DNA of 64,000 bases from Vicinamibacteria bacterium. GTDB taxonomy: Bacteria; Acidobacteriota; Vicinamibacteria; Fen-336. The translations under genes and the position numbers were made by a program. Location of the stretch: the NCBI GenBank assembly GCA_046331285.1, contig JAXLRD010000011.1, positions 69,790 to 133,789 on the forward strand, read 5' to 3'. This document shows, piece after piece, positions 1-9,756 of the stretch (positions within the stretch are counted from its first letter, which is position 1; the number at the start of each line of letters is the position of its first letter). The notes below the pieces were generated by a model. It made no database searches and was not told where the DNA came from. It saw only the letters and a program-made list of their open reading frames with translations.

Positions 1-723
1 CTTCATCCAGTCGATCGGCACCGGGAAGATGATCGTCGAGTTCTTCTCGGCGGCGATCTCGACGAGCGTCTGCAGGTAGCGCAGGTGGAGCGACACGGGC
101 TCGGAGTTGAGCTCGCTCGCCGCCTCGGCGAGCTGCTTGCTCGCCTCCAGCTCGCCCGAGGCGTGGATGATCTTGGCCCGCTTCTCGCGCTCGGACTCGG
201 CCTGCTTCGCCATCGCCCGCTGCATCTCCTGCGGGAGGTCGACGGCTTTCACCGCGACCTGCGTCACCTTGACGCCCCACGGGTCGGTGTGGAGGTCGAT
301 CACCTCCTGGAGCATCTGGCCGAGGTGCTCGCGCTCCGACAGGAGCTGGTCGAGGTGCGCCTGGCCGAGGATGCTGCGGAGGGTCGTCTGCGCCTCCTGG
401 CTGGTGGCGTAGAGGTAGTTCTCGACCGAGATGACCGCCTTCAGCGGGTCCATCACCCGGAAGTAGACGACCGCGTTCACCTTCACGGTCACGTTGTCCC
501 GGGTGATCACGTCCTGCGGCGGCACGTCGAGGACGACCGTGCGCAGGCTGACCCGCACGAGCCGGTCGATCGGCCACGCCACGATGATGAGGCCCGGCCC
601 CTTGGGCAGCGGCAGCACCTTGCCGAGCCGGAAGACGACGCCCCGCTCGTACTCGTTCAGGACCTTCACCGACAGGAGCAGCCAGAACACGAAGGCGCCG
701 ACGACGAACACCAGAGGTGACAT
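1..723 (-). CDS. SPFH/band-7 (stomatin/QmcA-like) protein, partial; C-terminus lies beyond the window edge
   Basis: Hand translation of the minus strand: [35 protein letters not shown]...[26 protein letters not shown]. The ATG at 723-721 overlaps the nfeD stop. It is absent from the ORF track because no stop falls in the window. Confidence 0.8.
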   Translation of the reverse strand, partial: MSPLVFVVGAFVFWLLLSVKVLNEYERGVVFRLGKVLPLPKGPGLIIVAWPIDRLVRVSLRTVVLDVPPQDVITRDNVTVKVNAVVYFRVMDPLKAVISVENYLYATSQEAQTTLRSILGQAHLDQLLSEREHLGQMLQEVIDLHTDPWGVKVTQVAVKAVDLPQEMQRAMAKQAESEREKRAKIIHASGELEASKQLAEAASELNSEPVSLHLRYLQTLVEIAAEKNSTIIFPVPIDWMK

Positions 724-2009
724 CACGCCCCCTTCTTCACCCGAAGCACGAGCCCTTCCCCCACCGCGACCACGACGACCGGCTCCCCGGCCGCCACCGG
801 CTCTCCCGCGCCGGCCCTCCAACGCTCGCCCTGCACGAGCACCCAGCCCTCGCCGGAGCCGTCGAGGGCGCCGAGCGCCCGGCCGTGCGCCCCGACGAGG
901 CCCTCGGCGCCCGTCGCCGGCCGCCGCCTCTGGGACTGGACGACGAGGCGGACGATGGCGAGCACGAAGACCGCGAAGGCCACGATGACGGGCAGCAGAC
1001 GCCAGACGTCGACGCGGAGCGCCGGCGCCTCTGAGTCGACCAGCATCATCGCGCCGAGGATCATGGCGACGAGGCCGCCGATCGTCAACAGGCCGAACGA
1101 GTGCACCTTGACCTCGGCCGCGAAGAGGCCGATCGCGAGGACCACCAGCAGGACGCCCGCCCAGTTCACCGGGATGATCTGGCTCGCGAACAGGAAGAGG
1201 ATCAGGCAGACGACGCCGAGGACGCCCGGGAAGACGAGCCCCGGGTGGGAGATCTCGGCCCCGAGCCCGGCGAGCGCGCCGAGGAGGAGGAGGAACAGGA
1301 TCTCGGGGCTCGCGATCGCGGCGAGGACGGCCTGCCGCCAGTCCATCCGCACGTCCACCGTCTTCTGCCCGGCGAGGCGCAGCACGACGGTCGAGCCGTC
1401 GAACCGCTTCACCTCGCGTCCCTCGAGCCGGGCGAGGAGGTCGGGAACGTCGTTCGCCACGAGGTCGACGAGGTGCGCGTCGAGCGCCTCCTTCTCGGTG
1501 AAGGACCGGCTCTCGACGACCGCCTTCTCGGCGAGCTCCACGTTGCGGCCGCGCCTTTCGGCCTTGCCCCGGATGTACGCGGCCGCGTCCTGGGTCACCT
1601 TCTTCGCCATCGTCTCGTCCATCTGACCCATCGACGAGACCGGATGAGCGGCCCCGATGTTCGTGCCGGGGGCCATGGCCGCGACGTCGGCGCAGACCGC
1701 GATCACGAACCCGGCGGAGGCGCCGCGGGCGCCGGAAGGCGCCACGAACACCGCGACCGGGGTCTTCGCGCGAAGCATCCGCTCGACGATCTGCCGCATC
1801 GAGCTGTCGAGGCCGCCCGGGGTGTCCATCCGGATGACCACGAGCGGGGCAGAGGCGGCGTCGGCGCGGTCGATGGCCTGGACCACGTGCGCCGCGCTCA
1901 CGGCGTGGACGACACCGTCGAGCTCGACCACGGGGATCTCGGCGCGGGACGTGGCGGCGGCGGCGAACGCCAGGGAGGCCGCGAAGGCGGCGACCCGCCT
2001 CAGGGGCAT
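723..2009 (-). CDS. NfeD-family membrane-bound serine protease (ClpP-class domain plus TM region plus C-terminal OB-like domain)
   Basis: 428-aa ORF with a signal peptide, IRMDTPGGL and [11 protein letters not shown] motifs and a multi-TM middle. It shows the classic pairing with a downstream SPFH gene. Confidence 0.85.
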   Translation of the reverse strand: MPLRRVAAFAASLAFAAAATSRAEIPVVELDGVVHAVSAAHVVQAIDRADAASAPLVVIRMDTPGGLDSSMRQIVERMLRAKTPVAVFVAPSGARGASAGFVIAVCADVAAMAPGTNIGAAHPVSSMGQMDETMAKKVTQDAAAYIRGKAERRGRNVELAEKAVVESRSFTEKEALDAHLVDLVANDVPDLLARLEGREVKRFDGSTVVLRLAGQKTVDVRMDWRQAVLAAIASPEILFLLLLGALAGLGAEISHPGLVFPGVLGVVCLILFLFASQIIPVNWAGVLLVVLAIGLFAAEVKVHSFGLLTIGGLVAMILGAMMLVDSEAPALRVDVWRLLPVIVAFAVFVLAIVRLVVQSQRRRPATGAEGLVGAHGRALGALDGSGEGWVLVQGERWRAGAGEPVAAGEPVVVVAVGEGLVLRVKKGA

Positions 2010-2104
2010 GGCCTAACTCTAGGGACGCGCGCGCAGGGTGTCAACGCAGGACTCGTCTGCTACTATCGGCCGATAAAGGCGGGCAGAAAAGGCGGTTACG
2101 AGAC

Positions 2105-2527
2105 ATGTTCGGTACCCTGGGCGGACCCGAGCTGTTCCTGATCTTCGTCGTGGCCCTGATCGTCTTCGGGCCGCGCAAGCTCCCTGAGATCGGCAAGAGC
2201 CTCGGCAAGATGATGGCGGAGTTCCGCCGGGCGTCGAACGAGTTCAAGTCGACGATCGAGAGCGAGGTCGAGGCCGAGAAGATCCGCGAGTCGATGCGGG
2301 TCGAGACCCCGCCGGCGGCCCCCCCGTACGCCCTCGAGTCGGGCACGCCGGCGACGCCCGTGTCGCCGGCCGAAACCGCGCCCGCCGAAACCCCGGCCGC
2401 CGAAACCGCGCCCGCCGAGGCCGCGCCGACCGAGACCGTCACCGCCCCGGCGCCCGACGCGCCCCGCGAGCCCGTGCCCGAGACCGTGAGCCGGGCGAAC
2501 GACCCCACGCCGATCGAGCCGAAGTAG
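2105..2527 (+). CDS. tatA: Twin-arginine translocase TatA/TatB-family protein with a Pro/Ala/Glu/Thr-rich repeat tail
   Basis: N-terminus MFGTLGGPELFLIFVVALIVFGPRKLPEIGKSLGKMMAEFRRA is the canonical TatA/E/B TM plus amphipathic helix. It lies directly upstream of tatC. Confidence 0.8.
   Translation: MFGTLGGPELFLIFVVALIVFGPRKLPEIGKSLGKMMAEFRRASNEFKSTIESEVEAEKIRESMRVETPPAAPPYALESGTPATPVSPAETAPAETPAAETAPAEAAPTETVTAPAPDAPREPVPETVSRANDPTPIEPK
2369..2443 (+). repeat. Five codon-aligned 15-bp tandem repeats inside tatA
   Basis: GCCGAAACCGCGCCC / GCCGAAACCCCGGCC / GCCGAAACCGCGCCC / GCCGAGGCCGCGCCG / ACCGAGACCGTCACC, encoding AETAP-AETPA-AETAP-AEAAP-TETVT. Confidence 0.7.
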
Positions 2528-2530
2528 AGC

Positions 2531-3280
2531 TTGTCCTCCCCTTACCCGCGCCCCCATCCCGACAAGATGACGTTCCTCGAGCACCTCGAGGAGCTGCGGC
2601 AGCGGCTCGTCCGGGCCCTCGTCTACCTGGCCGGCGGCTTCGCCGTGTGCTGGATCTTCCACGAGGAGATCTTCCAGTTCCTCGTCCAGCCGATGCGGGC
2701 GGCGGGCTTCAAGGACCGCTTCCTCGTGACCGGGCCGGCCGAGGCGTTCTTCCTTTACATGAAGATGTCGTTCTTCGTCGGCATCTTCCTGGCCGCCCCG
2801 TTCGTCCTGTACGAGATCTGGGCGTTCATCTCGCCCGGCTTGTACAAGAACGAGAAGGCCTGGGCGATCCCCTTCGTCGGCATGGGCTCGGTCTTCTTCA
2901 CCGCCGGCGCCCTCTTCGGGCACTACATCCTGTTCCCGATGACCTTCCGCTTCCTCATCGGGTTCAGCGGCGCCGACATGCAGTTCCTGCCGCGGGTGGA
3001 CGAGTACTGGTCGTTCTACTCGTGGTTCCTGCTCGGCCTCGGCCTCGTCTTCCAGATCCCGGTGATCATCTTCGTGCTGGCCCGCATCGGCCTCGTGACG
3101 GCGCCGACGCTGCTCCGGGCCTGGAAGTTCGCGGTCCTCGGGTCGTTCATCGTCTCGGCGGTCATCACTCCCACGCCGGACGTCGTGACCCAGACGGCCC
3201 TCGCCGCGCCGATGATCGGCCTCTACCTGGTGGGCGTGCTGGTGGCCTGGCTGTTCGGGAAGAAGCGGAAGAAGGACTGA
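2531..3280 (+). CDS. tatC: Twin-arginine translocase subunit TatC
   Basis: Contains the FLEHLEELRQRLVRAL motif and six predicted TM segments. The start is ambiguous: TTG at 2531 or ATG at 2567. Confidence 0.9.
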   Translation: MSSPYPRPHPDKMTFLEHLEELRQRLVRALVYLAGGFAVCWIFHEEIFQFLVQPMRAAGFKDRFLVTGPAEAFFLYMKMSFFVGIFLAAPFVLYEIWAFISPGLYKNEKAWAIPFVGMGSVFFTAGALFGHYILFPMTFRFLIGFSGADMQFLPRVDEYWSFYSWFLLGLGLVFQIPVIIFVLARIGLVTAPTLLRAWKFAVLGSFIVSAVITPTPDVVTQTALAAPMIGLYLVGVLVAWLFGKKRKKD

Positions 3281-3307
3281 TAGCGGGGCCTCCGGCGGAG
3301 AGCCGCG

Positions 3308-3772
3308 CTACTTCGGCAGGTCGAACTTCACCGCGGCGCCCCGCACGAGCTTCTCGCGCTTCGCCTGGCCCGAGCTGATCTCGACCACCCACGAGGCCCG
3401 GCGCATCGGCTGGTAGACCGGGCAGGGGTCCGCCTTGCACGGCGGCGCCGCCTCCTTCACGTCGACGACCTTCCTCTCCTCGTCGAGCCAGACGATGTCG
3501 ATCGGGAACTTGCAGTTCTTCATCCAGATCGCGTGGAAGTCGGGCGTCTCGAAGAGGAAGAGCATCCCGCGGTCCTCCGCGAGCGACGGGCGGAACATGA
3601 GGCCCATCGCGCGGTCCTCGTCGCTCACCATGACCTCGACCTGCAGCACCTTGCCCGAGGGCAGGGTGAGGGGGACGACGGCCGGCGCGGCGGCGGCGAG
3701 CGAGGCGCCCGCGAGCACGAGCGCGGCGAGGAGGAACGCGCGGATCCTTGTCATCGCCTCCGATCGTAGCAC
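3308..3772 (-). CDS. DUF192 (COG1430) secreted protein
   Basis: Signal peptide, then LQVEVMVSDEDRAMGLMFR...GMLFLF...HAIWMKNCKFPIDIVWLD, typical of DUF192. The start is GTG at 3772 or ATG at 3754. Confidence 0.7.
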   Translation of the reverse strand: MLRSEAMTRIRAFLLAALVLAGASLAAAAPAVVPLTLPSGKVLQVEVMVSDEDRAMGLMFRPSLAEDRGMLFLFETPDFHAIWMKNCKFPIDIVWLDEERKVVDVKEAAPPCKADPCPVYQPMRRASWVVEISSGQAKREKLVRGAAVKFDLPK

Positions 3773-3781
3773 CGCGGCGTC

Positions 3782-5056
3782 TCAGCTCGCCCGGACGGCC
3801 CGCCACGTGAGCGCGCCGAGGGCGGCGACGACCGCGAGGAGCCCGGCCCACAGCAGGGTCGGGTGCCGCTCGGTCCACGGGACGCCGGCCGACGGCCCGG
3901 CCGCGGTCTTCCGCGGCGCGCCGAGCCCGGCCTCGGCCGCTCCCGCGGACCAGGCCGCGACGTCGTCCACCGTGCGCGCGAGGTCGAACTCGGGCGCCGC
4001 GTCGGCCGACCCGTAGACGAGGCGGTAGTCGCGGCCGGGCCCGGCCTCGAACACGACGCGCTCCACGGGCACGCGGACGCGAACGGACCGGGCGTCGAGC
4101 GGGCGGTCGTCCCGGTTCAGCAGCCGCACGCGCACGACCCTCTCGCGGCCGCGCACGTCGAGGCGCAGGTCCTCGGCGGGCCGGGCGCCCGTCCCGAGCC
4201 GGTAGAGAGCGCCGCGACCGATCTCGGCCCACGAGACGGAGCCCGGGCGGCCCTCGCGGCCCGCCTGGTCGCGACGGGCCTCGACGACGGCCTCGCGGAA
4301 GAAGCGCGCGTCGGCCACGTCGAGCTCGATCCCGTCGAAGGGCTGGTGCGCCGCGCCGAGGTCGAGGGTCAGCCACGTCTCGCGCCGTGAGGCCTCCTCG
4401 GCGCGCGACACGCGGGGCTCGACCACGTCTTCCCGCGACGTCCGCCGAGGCTCGCCGGGCACCCAGGCCTCCTCGATCGAGACGGGGCCGTCCTCGTCGG
4501 GGCCCGGGCGGACCCGGACGCGCAGGAGGGCGAAGTCGTTCGCCGGCAGGCCGATCGTCTCGTACCTGGCGGCATCGGGGCCCGGGACGGCGAAGACCCA
4601 CGCCTCCTCGACGAGCGTCGTCCACTCGCGCCCGTCCTCGCTGCCGGCGACGCTCACGGCCCGCCGGAAGTTGTCGCCGGAGAGGCGCAGCCGCAGCCGC
4701 GACTTCGGGGCCGGGCCGCCGAAGTCGAGGTCGGCCGTCGCCGCGCCCCGACCGACGCGGCCCGCGTTGCGCAGCGCCGGCCGCCTCTCGTCCGCGCGCG
4801 GAGAGACCGCGCCGCGGTCGACGAGAAACGGCACCAGCGCTCCGGACGCGTCGAGCACCCGCAGGTCGCCGAGGTCGGGGCGCGCGGCCTCGTAGACGTC
4901 CCGGTCGAGGCGCACCGCGACCCGCCCGGGCGCGCCGACCTCGATCGTCCGTTCGAACGCCGGCGCCGCCGCCGACGGGGCCACGGCGACGACGAGCCCC
5001 GCCCCGGCGGCGACGGCGAGCCGCGCCAGGGCCGCGACGGCCTGCCGGCGCCTCAC
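3782..5056 (-). CDS. DUF3999-like exported protein, the usual partner of DUF2339
   Basis: Only the last 424 codons of track ORF 3782..7153 look protein-like (VRRRQAVAALARLAVAAGAGLVV...). The GTG start overlaps the upstream stop (GTGA), and there is a C-terminal TM. The family name is recalled from memory. Confidence 0.5.
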   Translation of the reverse strand: MRRRQAVAALARLAVAAGAGLVVAVAPSAAAPAFERTIEVGAPGRVAVRLDRDVYEAARPDLGDLRVLDASGALVPFLVDRGAVSPRADERRPALRNAGRVGRGAATADLDFGGPAPKSRLRLRLSGDNFRRAVSVAGSEDGREWTTLVEEAWVFAVPGPDAARYETIGLPANDFALLRVRVRPGPDEDGPVSIEEAWVPGEPRRTSREDVVEPRVSRAEEASRRETWLTLDLGAAHQPFDGIELDVADARFFREAVVEARRDQAGREGRPGSVSWAEIGRGALYRLGTGARPAEDLRLDVRGRERVVRVRLLNRDDRPLDARSVRVRVPVERVVFEAGPGRDYRLVYGSADAAPEFDLARTVDDVAAWSAGAAEAGLGAPRKTAAGPSAGVPWTERHPTLLWAGLLAVVAALGALTWRAVRAS

Positions 5057-7656
5057 GCGCCGTCCGCCGCCGCGTCCTCGAGGCGCTCGCGGAAGCGGAT
5101 GTTGAGCCAGGCGCCGGCGAGGAGGAGGACTCCGAGGACGAGGAACGCCACCATCCGGTAGAGCGTCGGCAGCTGCGCGAGGTCGACGAACACCACCTTC
5201 GCCGCGGTGATCGCGAAGAGGGCGTAGCCCGCGTAGAAGAGGCCGCGGCTGCGGCCGGCGAGGCCCGCGGCCAGGAGGCCCGTCGCGAACGCCGTCCACA
5301 GGACCGAGACCGCGAGATCGCCCTGGCGGCGCGCGGCGATCGCGGCGGCGGCGTCGTGGGCCGAGAAGGCCTCGCGCGCCATCTGGCCGAACGTCTGGCT
5401 CGTCTCCGCGGTCAGCAGGGCGAACAGGAGAACCGCGGCGAGCGGGACGAGCGACCGCGCGCCGAGCCGCTCGAGGACGTTCGAGCCGGCGGCCCGCGCG
5501 AAAGGCAGCGCCACGAAGCGCGCGGCCACGAGCGCCGCGATCACGGCGAGCCAGGTCCCGAAGGCCGGGTTCGCGAGCGGGGTGAACGCCCCGGCCGGGT
5601 GGAGCGGCAGGTGGCGCGCGAGCAGGCGGAGGACGGCGAGGGCCAGGACGCCGTACCCCGCGGCGCGCGTCAGCCACGAGCGGTTCCGCACGCCGAGCCA
5701 GAGGAGCAGCAGGCCCTCGAGCGCCCAGCCGATCGTGATGCCGTGGAGGCCGAGCTGGACCGGGATCGCGATCGTCAGGAACGCGGCGGCGAGGCCGAGG
5801 GTCACGCCGACCCGCAGCGGGTCGTCGCCGAGCTGGCGAGCGACGAGGCCGCGCGCGAGGTGCACCGCGCCGAGGGCCACCGCCGCCGGCCCGAGGAGCG
5901 TCGGCGCCGACGCGTCCAGCACCCGATAGCAGACGGCCCAGGCGAGGCCCGCGGCGGCGACGTGCGCGGCCGTGCCCGCCGGACCGAGCCGCTCGCCGAC
6001 GAAGCCGCGAACGGTCGTGGCCACGAAGTAGAAGGCGGCCACGGCGAGGCCGAGGGTCAGGGCCTCCGCCTCGCGACCGGCGGCGAAGTACCGGTCGAGC
6101 CAGGCCAGGACCGCGGCCGCGCCGAGCGCCGCGCCGGCCGCCTCCGACCAGGCGAACCTCCGCCGCACGAGCACGGCGAGGCCCGCCTGGGCCAGGAGCA
6201 GGCCCAGGATGCCGAACGGCCGGTCGCTCGAGGACGCGAGCTCCAGCGCGGCGAGCCCGCCGCCGACCACGGCCACGCCCGGCATGAGCGAGGCCGGCAG
6301 GGGCGCGGCCGAGCCCGGGCGGCCGAGCGCGACGACGAGCGCCCCCGCGGCGACCCACGCCGCCGCGATGCCGAAGGTCTCCGGCTGGTAGTGCCGCGCG
6401 GTCCACCCGAAGAAGGGCACCGCGACGACGAGCGGCGCGACGAGCGCGGCCATCTGCACCCCGGGCGCGCGGAGGAGAGCGGCCGCGGCGAGGAGCGAGA
6501 GCGGCAGCACGACCTCGGGCCGGCCCGCGTCGTTGGCGAGGGCGGCGAGCCCCACCGCGACGACGAGCGCCACCGCCGCGAGCCAGGCCGGCCGCTCCTT
6601 CTCCGCGGCGCCGAGCGCGAAGAGCCCGCCGAGCAGCACGAGGCCCGCGGTGGCGACCCAGAAGCGCTCGGGAGCGAAGAACGTCGCGTACCAGCCGCCG
6701 TAGAGGATCGCGGTCCCGACGAGGGCCAGGGGAAGCGTCTCGGGCCAGGGCCTGCGGCGATCGAGCCACACGGCGCCGCCGCCGAGCAGCAGCAGGTAGC
6801 CGAAGAGGCTCACGGCGCGGTCCTCGCCGGTCGAGAGCAGGAACGGCGCCATGTAACCGCCGATCCAGGCGAGCGCCGCGAGGAGGCGCGCGTCGAGCCG
6901 CTCCGAGAGCACGACCGCGGCCACCGTCACCGCGAACATGAACAGGCCGGCGGCCGGCCGCGGCACGAGGGCGTAGACCGCGTGCGCGGCGAAGGCAGTG
7001 ACGTAGAGGCCGGCGAGGCCGGCGGCGGCGAGGCCCTGGCCGAGCGGTCGGTAGACGCGCGGCATCAGCCGAAGGCCGGCCGCGAGGAGGCCGAGCGAGA
7101 AGACGGCGCCGCTGAGGACGCGGCCGGTCGGCCCCACCCAGTTGTTCTCCCACGCGTAGCGGACGAAGTAGCCGAGGAACACGATGACGGCCAGCGCGCC
7201 GGCGCCGACGAGGAGCCGCGGGCCGAGGTTCGTCGCGAAGTCGGACGGGGGCCGCGACGCGGAAGGGCGGGGCCGCGGCGACGCGGCCGGCGCCGGCGGC
7301 ACGGGGGGCGCGGCCTTCGGCTGGACTGGCGCGGCCGGCGCCGGAGCCGGCGCGGTCGGGGCCGGAGCGGCCGCGGCCGGTGGCGCCGGGGGTGCCACTG
7401 CCTCGACGGAGGGCCCCGCCGCTTCACGCGGGACGAGCGGCTCGGCGGGCGCGGTGGCTCTCTCGGCCCCGCCGGCGGCGCCGGCCGCCCGCCCCATCGC
7501 TCGCAGCCGTCGCTCGAGGGCTTCGATGTCCGCCCGGGCCTGCTCGAGGTCGCGCGCCATGCGGCCCGTGCGCGCCAGGGCCACGAACGCGAGGACCGGC
7601 GACACGAGCAGGACGAGCACCGCTCCGAGCGCGAACAGGAGGGCCAGCGCCTCCAT
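5053..7656 (-). CDS. DUF2339-type large polytopic membrane protein
   Basis: 867 aa: N-terminal TM, coiled coil (DLEQARADIEALERRLRAM), Pro/Ala-rich linker, then about 20 TM helices. A GGA-rich RBS precedes the ATG. Confidence 0.65.
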   Translation of the reverse strand: MEALALLFALGAVLVLLVSPVLAFVALARTGRMARDLEQARADIEALERRLRAMGRAAGAAGGAERATAPAEPLVPREAAGPSVEAVAPPAPPAAAAPAPTAPAPAPAAPVQPKAAPPVPPAPAASPRPRPSASRPPSDFATNLGPRLLVGAGALAVIVFLGYFVRYAWENNWVGPTGRVLSGAVFSLGLLAAGLRLMPRVYRPLGQGLAAAGLAGLYVTAFAAHAVYALVPRPAAGLFMFAVTVAAVVLSERLDARLLAALAWIGGYMAPFLLSTGEDRAVSLFGYLLLLGGGAVWLDRRRPWPETLPLALVGTAILYGGWYATFFAPERFWVATAGLVLLGGLFALGAAEKERPAWLAAVALVVAVGLAALANDAGRPEVVLPLSLLAAAALLRAPGVQMAALVAPLVVAVPFFGWTARHYQPETFGIAAAWVAAGALVVALGRPGSAAPLPASLMPGVAVVGGGLAALELASSSDRPFGILGLLLAQAGLAVLVRRRFAWSEAAGAALGAAAVLAWLDRYFAAGREAEALTLGLAVAAFYFVATTVRGFVGERLGPAGTAAHVAAAGLAWAVCYRVLDASAPTLLGPAAVALGAVHLARGLVARQLGDDPLRVGVTLGLAAAFLTIAIPVQLGLHGITIGWALEGLLLLWLGVRNRSWLTRAAGYGVLALAVLRLLARHLPLHPAGAFTPLANPAFGTWLAVIAALVAARFVALPFARAAGSNVLERLGARSLVPLAAVLLFALLTAETSQTFGQMAREAFSAHDAAAAIAARRQGDLAVSVLWTAFATGLLAAGLAGRSRGLFYAGYALFAITAAKVVFVDLAQLPTLYRMVAFLVLGVLLLAGAWLNIRFRERLEDAAADGA

Positions 7657-7755
7657 TCGGGGTTCCTTCCTGTCGGCCGGGATGGGGTGTCCGCCGACGC
7701 ACCGATGCTAGGGGGGCCACCGGCCCCGGTCAACGCGGCAAAGCACGGCGACGGC

Positions 7756-8460
7756 CTACTGCCGCACCTTGCCGGTCATCGGCACGAAGCGGACGGGCAG
7801 CACCCGCCGCTCGACGAACGCGTCCCCACGACGCGTGAGGACGACGAGCTCCTGCGCGTCGTCGCCGAGCGGGAGGATGAGCCGTCCGCCGTCGCGAAGC
7901 TGGCGCTTCAGCGGCTCCGGGACACGCGGCGCGGCGGCGGTGACGATGATCGCGTCGAAGGGCGCCTCCTCGGGCCAGCCGGCGTACCCGTCGCCCGCCC
8001 GCACGCGCACGTTGTCGTAACCGAGCCGCTTCAGACGCTCCGCGGACTCCGCCGCGAGCGCCGCCACGATCTCGATCGAGAAGACGCGCGACGCGATCCG
8101 CGCGAGGACGGCCGCCTGGTAGCCGGAGCCGGTGCCGATCTCGAGGACGCGCTCGCCGCCCCGCAGCTCGAGGGCCTCGGTCATGAAGCCGACGATGTAC
8201 GGCTGCGAGATCGTCTGGCCGTGGCCGATCGGCAGCGGGTGATCGTCGTAGGCCTGGCGCCCGCTCGCCGGCGGCACGAACGCGTGTCGCGGCACGGCGC
8301 GCATCGCGGCGAGCGTCTTCGCGTCGCGGACGCCGCGGGCCTCGATCTGGGTCGCGACCATGTCTTCCCGCGCGCGGGCGAGGGCCGCCTCGTCGACGTC
8401 GGGCGGGCCGAGCGAGAAGAGCGCCGTCACGGGGAGGAGCCCGGGAAACCACCTCATCAT
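7756..8460 (-). CDS. pcm: Protein-L-isoaspartate O-methyltransferase with a hydrophobic N-terminal signal or anchor
   Basis: The C-terminal 234 codons of ORF 7756..9738 read MMRWFPGLLPVTALFSLG...GHGQTISQPYIVGFMTEAL...VLEIGTGSGYQAAVLA... Confidence 0.85.
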   Translation of the reverse strand: MMRWFPGLLPVTALFSLGPPDVDEAALARAREDMVATQIEARGVRDAKTLAAMRAVPRHAFVPPASGRQAYDDHPLPIGHGQTISQPYIVGFMTEALELRGGERVLEIGTGSGYQAAVLARIASRVFSIEIVAALAAESAERLKRLGYDNVRVRAGDGYAGWPEEAPFDAIIVTAAAPRVPEPLKRQLRDGGRLILPLGDDAQELVVLTRRGDAFVERRVLPVRFVPMTGKVRQ

Positions 8461-8480
8461 GGTTTGCCCTCGGAGGGATT

Positions 8481-9752
8481 CTAGCGCCCGCCCGCGCTCC
8501 CGGGCAGGTCCACCTCGATCACGGTCCCGCCGCCGTCGCGCGCCAGGCAGCGCGCCTCGCCGCCGTGGGCGCGAGCGATCTGGCGGACGAGCGCCAGACC
8601 GAGGCCGTAGCCGGAGCCCGTCTCCGCCGCCCCGGGAGGCCGGTAGTAGGGCTCGAACACCCTCTCGCGCTCGGCCTCGGGCACGCCCGGGCCACGGTCG
8701 AGAACCGACAGGCGCGCCCCGCCCGCCGGACGGCGCACGACGCGGGCCGCCACCGCGGCTCCCCCGCCGTGCCGCCGCGCGTTGTCGAGGAGGTTCCGCA
8801 CGAGCCGGCGCAGGAGCCGCGCGTCGCCGCGCAGGACGATCGCCTCGCCCTCGGCCTCGGCCCCGGCCCGCGCCGCCTCCTCGGCGGCGAGCGCCAGGAG
8901 GTCCACGTCCTCGACGCGCGCGAGCTCGCGCTGCGCCTCGAGCCGGCTCGCCTCGAGGAGCTCGTCGATGAGCCCGTCGAGCTCGGCCACGTCGCGCGCG
9001 GCCTGCTGCTTGAGCGCCGGGTCGCCCGCCATCATCTCGAGCGAGACGCGCAGGCGCGCGAGCGGCGAGCGCAGCTCGTGCGAGGCGAAGGCGAGCTGGC
9101 GCCGCTGCGCCTCGACGAGGGCCTGGATGCGGTCGGCCGCGCGGTTGAAGCTGCGGGCGAGGTCGGCGACCTCGTCCTTCCCCTCGACCGGGGCGCGGGC
9201 TGCGAGGTCGCCGCGGCCGAGGTCCTCGACGCGGCGCCGCAGGTTCTCGAGCCGCCGCGTCAGCCGGCGCACGAGCGGCCACGCGCCGACCGCGACGGCC
9301 AGCGCCACGAGGCCGAGCGTGACGAGGAGGGCGCCGAAGTGGCGGAGGGCCGCCCGCGGGCGCGCGGCCACCACCACGCGCCCGTCCGGCAGGAAGAGGC
9401 TCACGCTGATGATCCCGCCGCGGAGCCCCGGGCCCACGACGTGCGCCCCGAGGCTCCGGCGCCCGGGCAACGGCAGGGGGCTCCCGTGCCACGCGAGCCG
9501 CTCGCCCTCCGGCGAGAACACGGCCGCGTCGACGTTGAACCGCTCGGCGAGCCGCGTGACCGCGTCCTGCAGCTCCTCTCGCGGCCGCTCGGGCCCGGGG
9601 AGCAGCTCCGACACCGTGACCGTGAGGGCGCGGGCGAGGCGCATCTCGTCGCGGAGGCCAGGGCCGTGGATCCACGCCGCGGCGGCGAGCATCGAGAACA
9701 GCACGAGGGCGCCGACGATCGTGAGGTAGATCTGCCACGACAGGCGGCGCAT
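8481..9752 (-). CDS. Sensor histidine kinase (two TM, periplasmic loop, HAMP, HisKA, HATPase), CpxA/RstB-like
   Basis: H-box FASHELRSPLARL; N and G boxes NLLDNARRHG and DRGPGVP...GSGYGLGLALV. Confidence 0.85.
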   Translation of the reverse strand: MRRLSWQIYLTIVGALVLFSMLAAAAWIHGPGLRDEMRLARALTVTVSELLPGPERPREELQDAVTRLAERFNVDAAVFSPEGERLAWHGSPLPLPGRRSLGAHVVGPGLRGGIISVSLFLPDGRVVVAARPRAALRHFGALLVTLGLVALAVAVGAWPLVRRLTRRLENLRRRVEDLGRGDLAARAPVEGKDEVADLARSFNRAADRIQALVEAQRRQLAFASHELRSPLARLRVSLEMMAGDPALKQQAARDVAELDGLIDELLEASRLEAQRELARVEDVDLLALAAEEAARAGAEAEGEAIVLRGDARLLRRLVRNLLDNARRHGGGAAVAARVVRRPAGGARLSVLDRGPGVPEAERERVFEPYYRPPGAAETGSGYGLGLALVRQIARAHGGEARCLARDGGGTVIEVDLPGSAGGR

Positions 9753-9756
9753 CGCC

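Noticed and set aside
2040-2104. A sigma-70 promoter for tatA (TACTAT at about 2064).
   Set aside because: No acceptable -35 element lies at 16-18 nt spacing. The evidence is too weak to list as a feature.
4387-8484. A 1365-aa plus-strand ORF, the longest in this region.
   Set aside because: Its composition is Arg/Gly/Pro/Glu-rich with no recognisable domains. It lies antisense to three genes with clear homology (DUF3999-like, DUF2339, pcm). It is a typical GC-driven shadow ORF.
7756-9738. A 660-aa ORF suggesting a very long Pcm.
   Set aside because: Only the last 234 codons are Pcm-like. The upstream 425 codons are Arg-rich and overlap the histidine-kinase gene in another frame.
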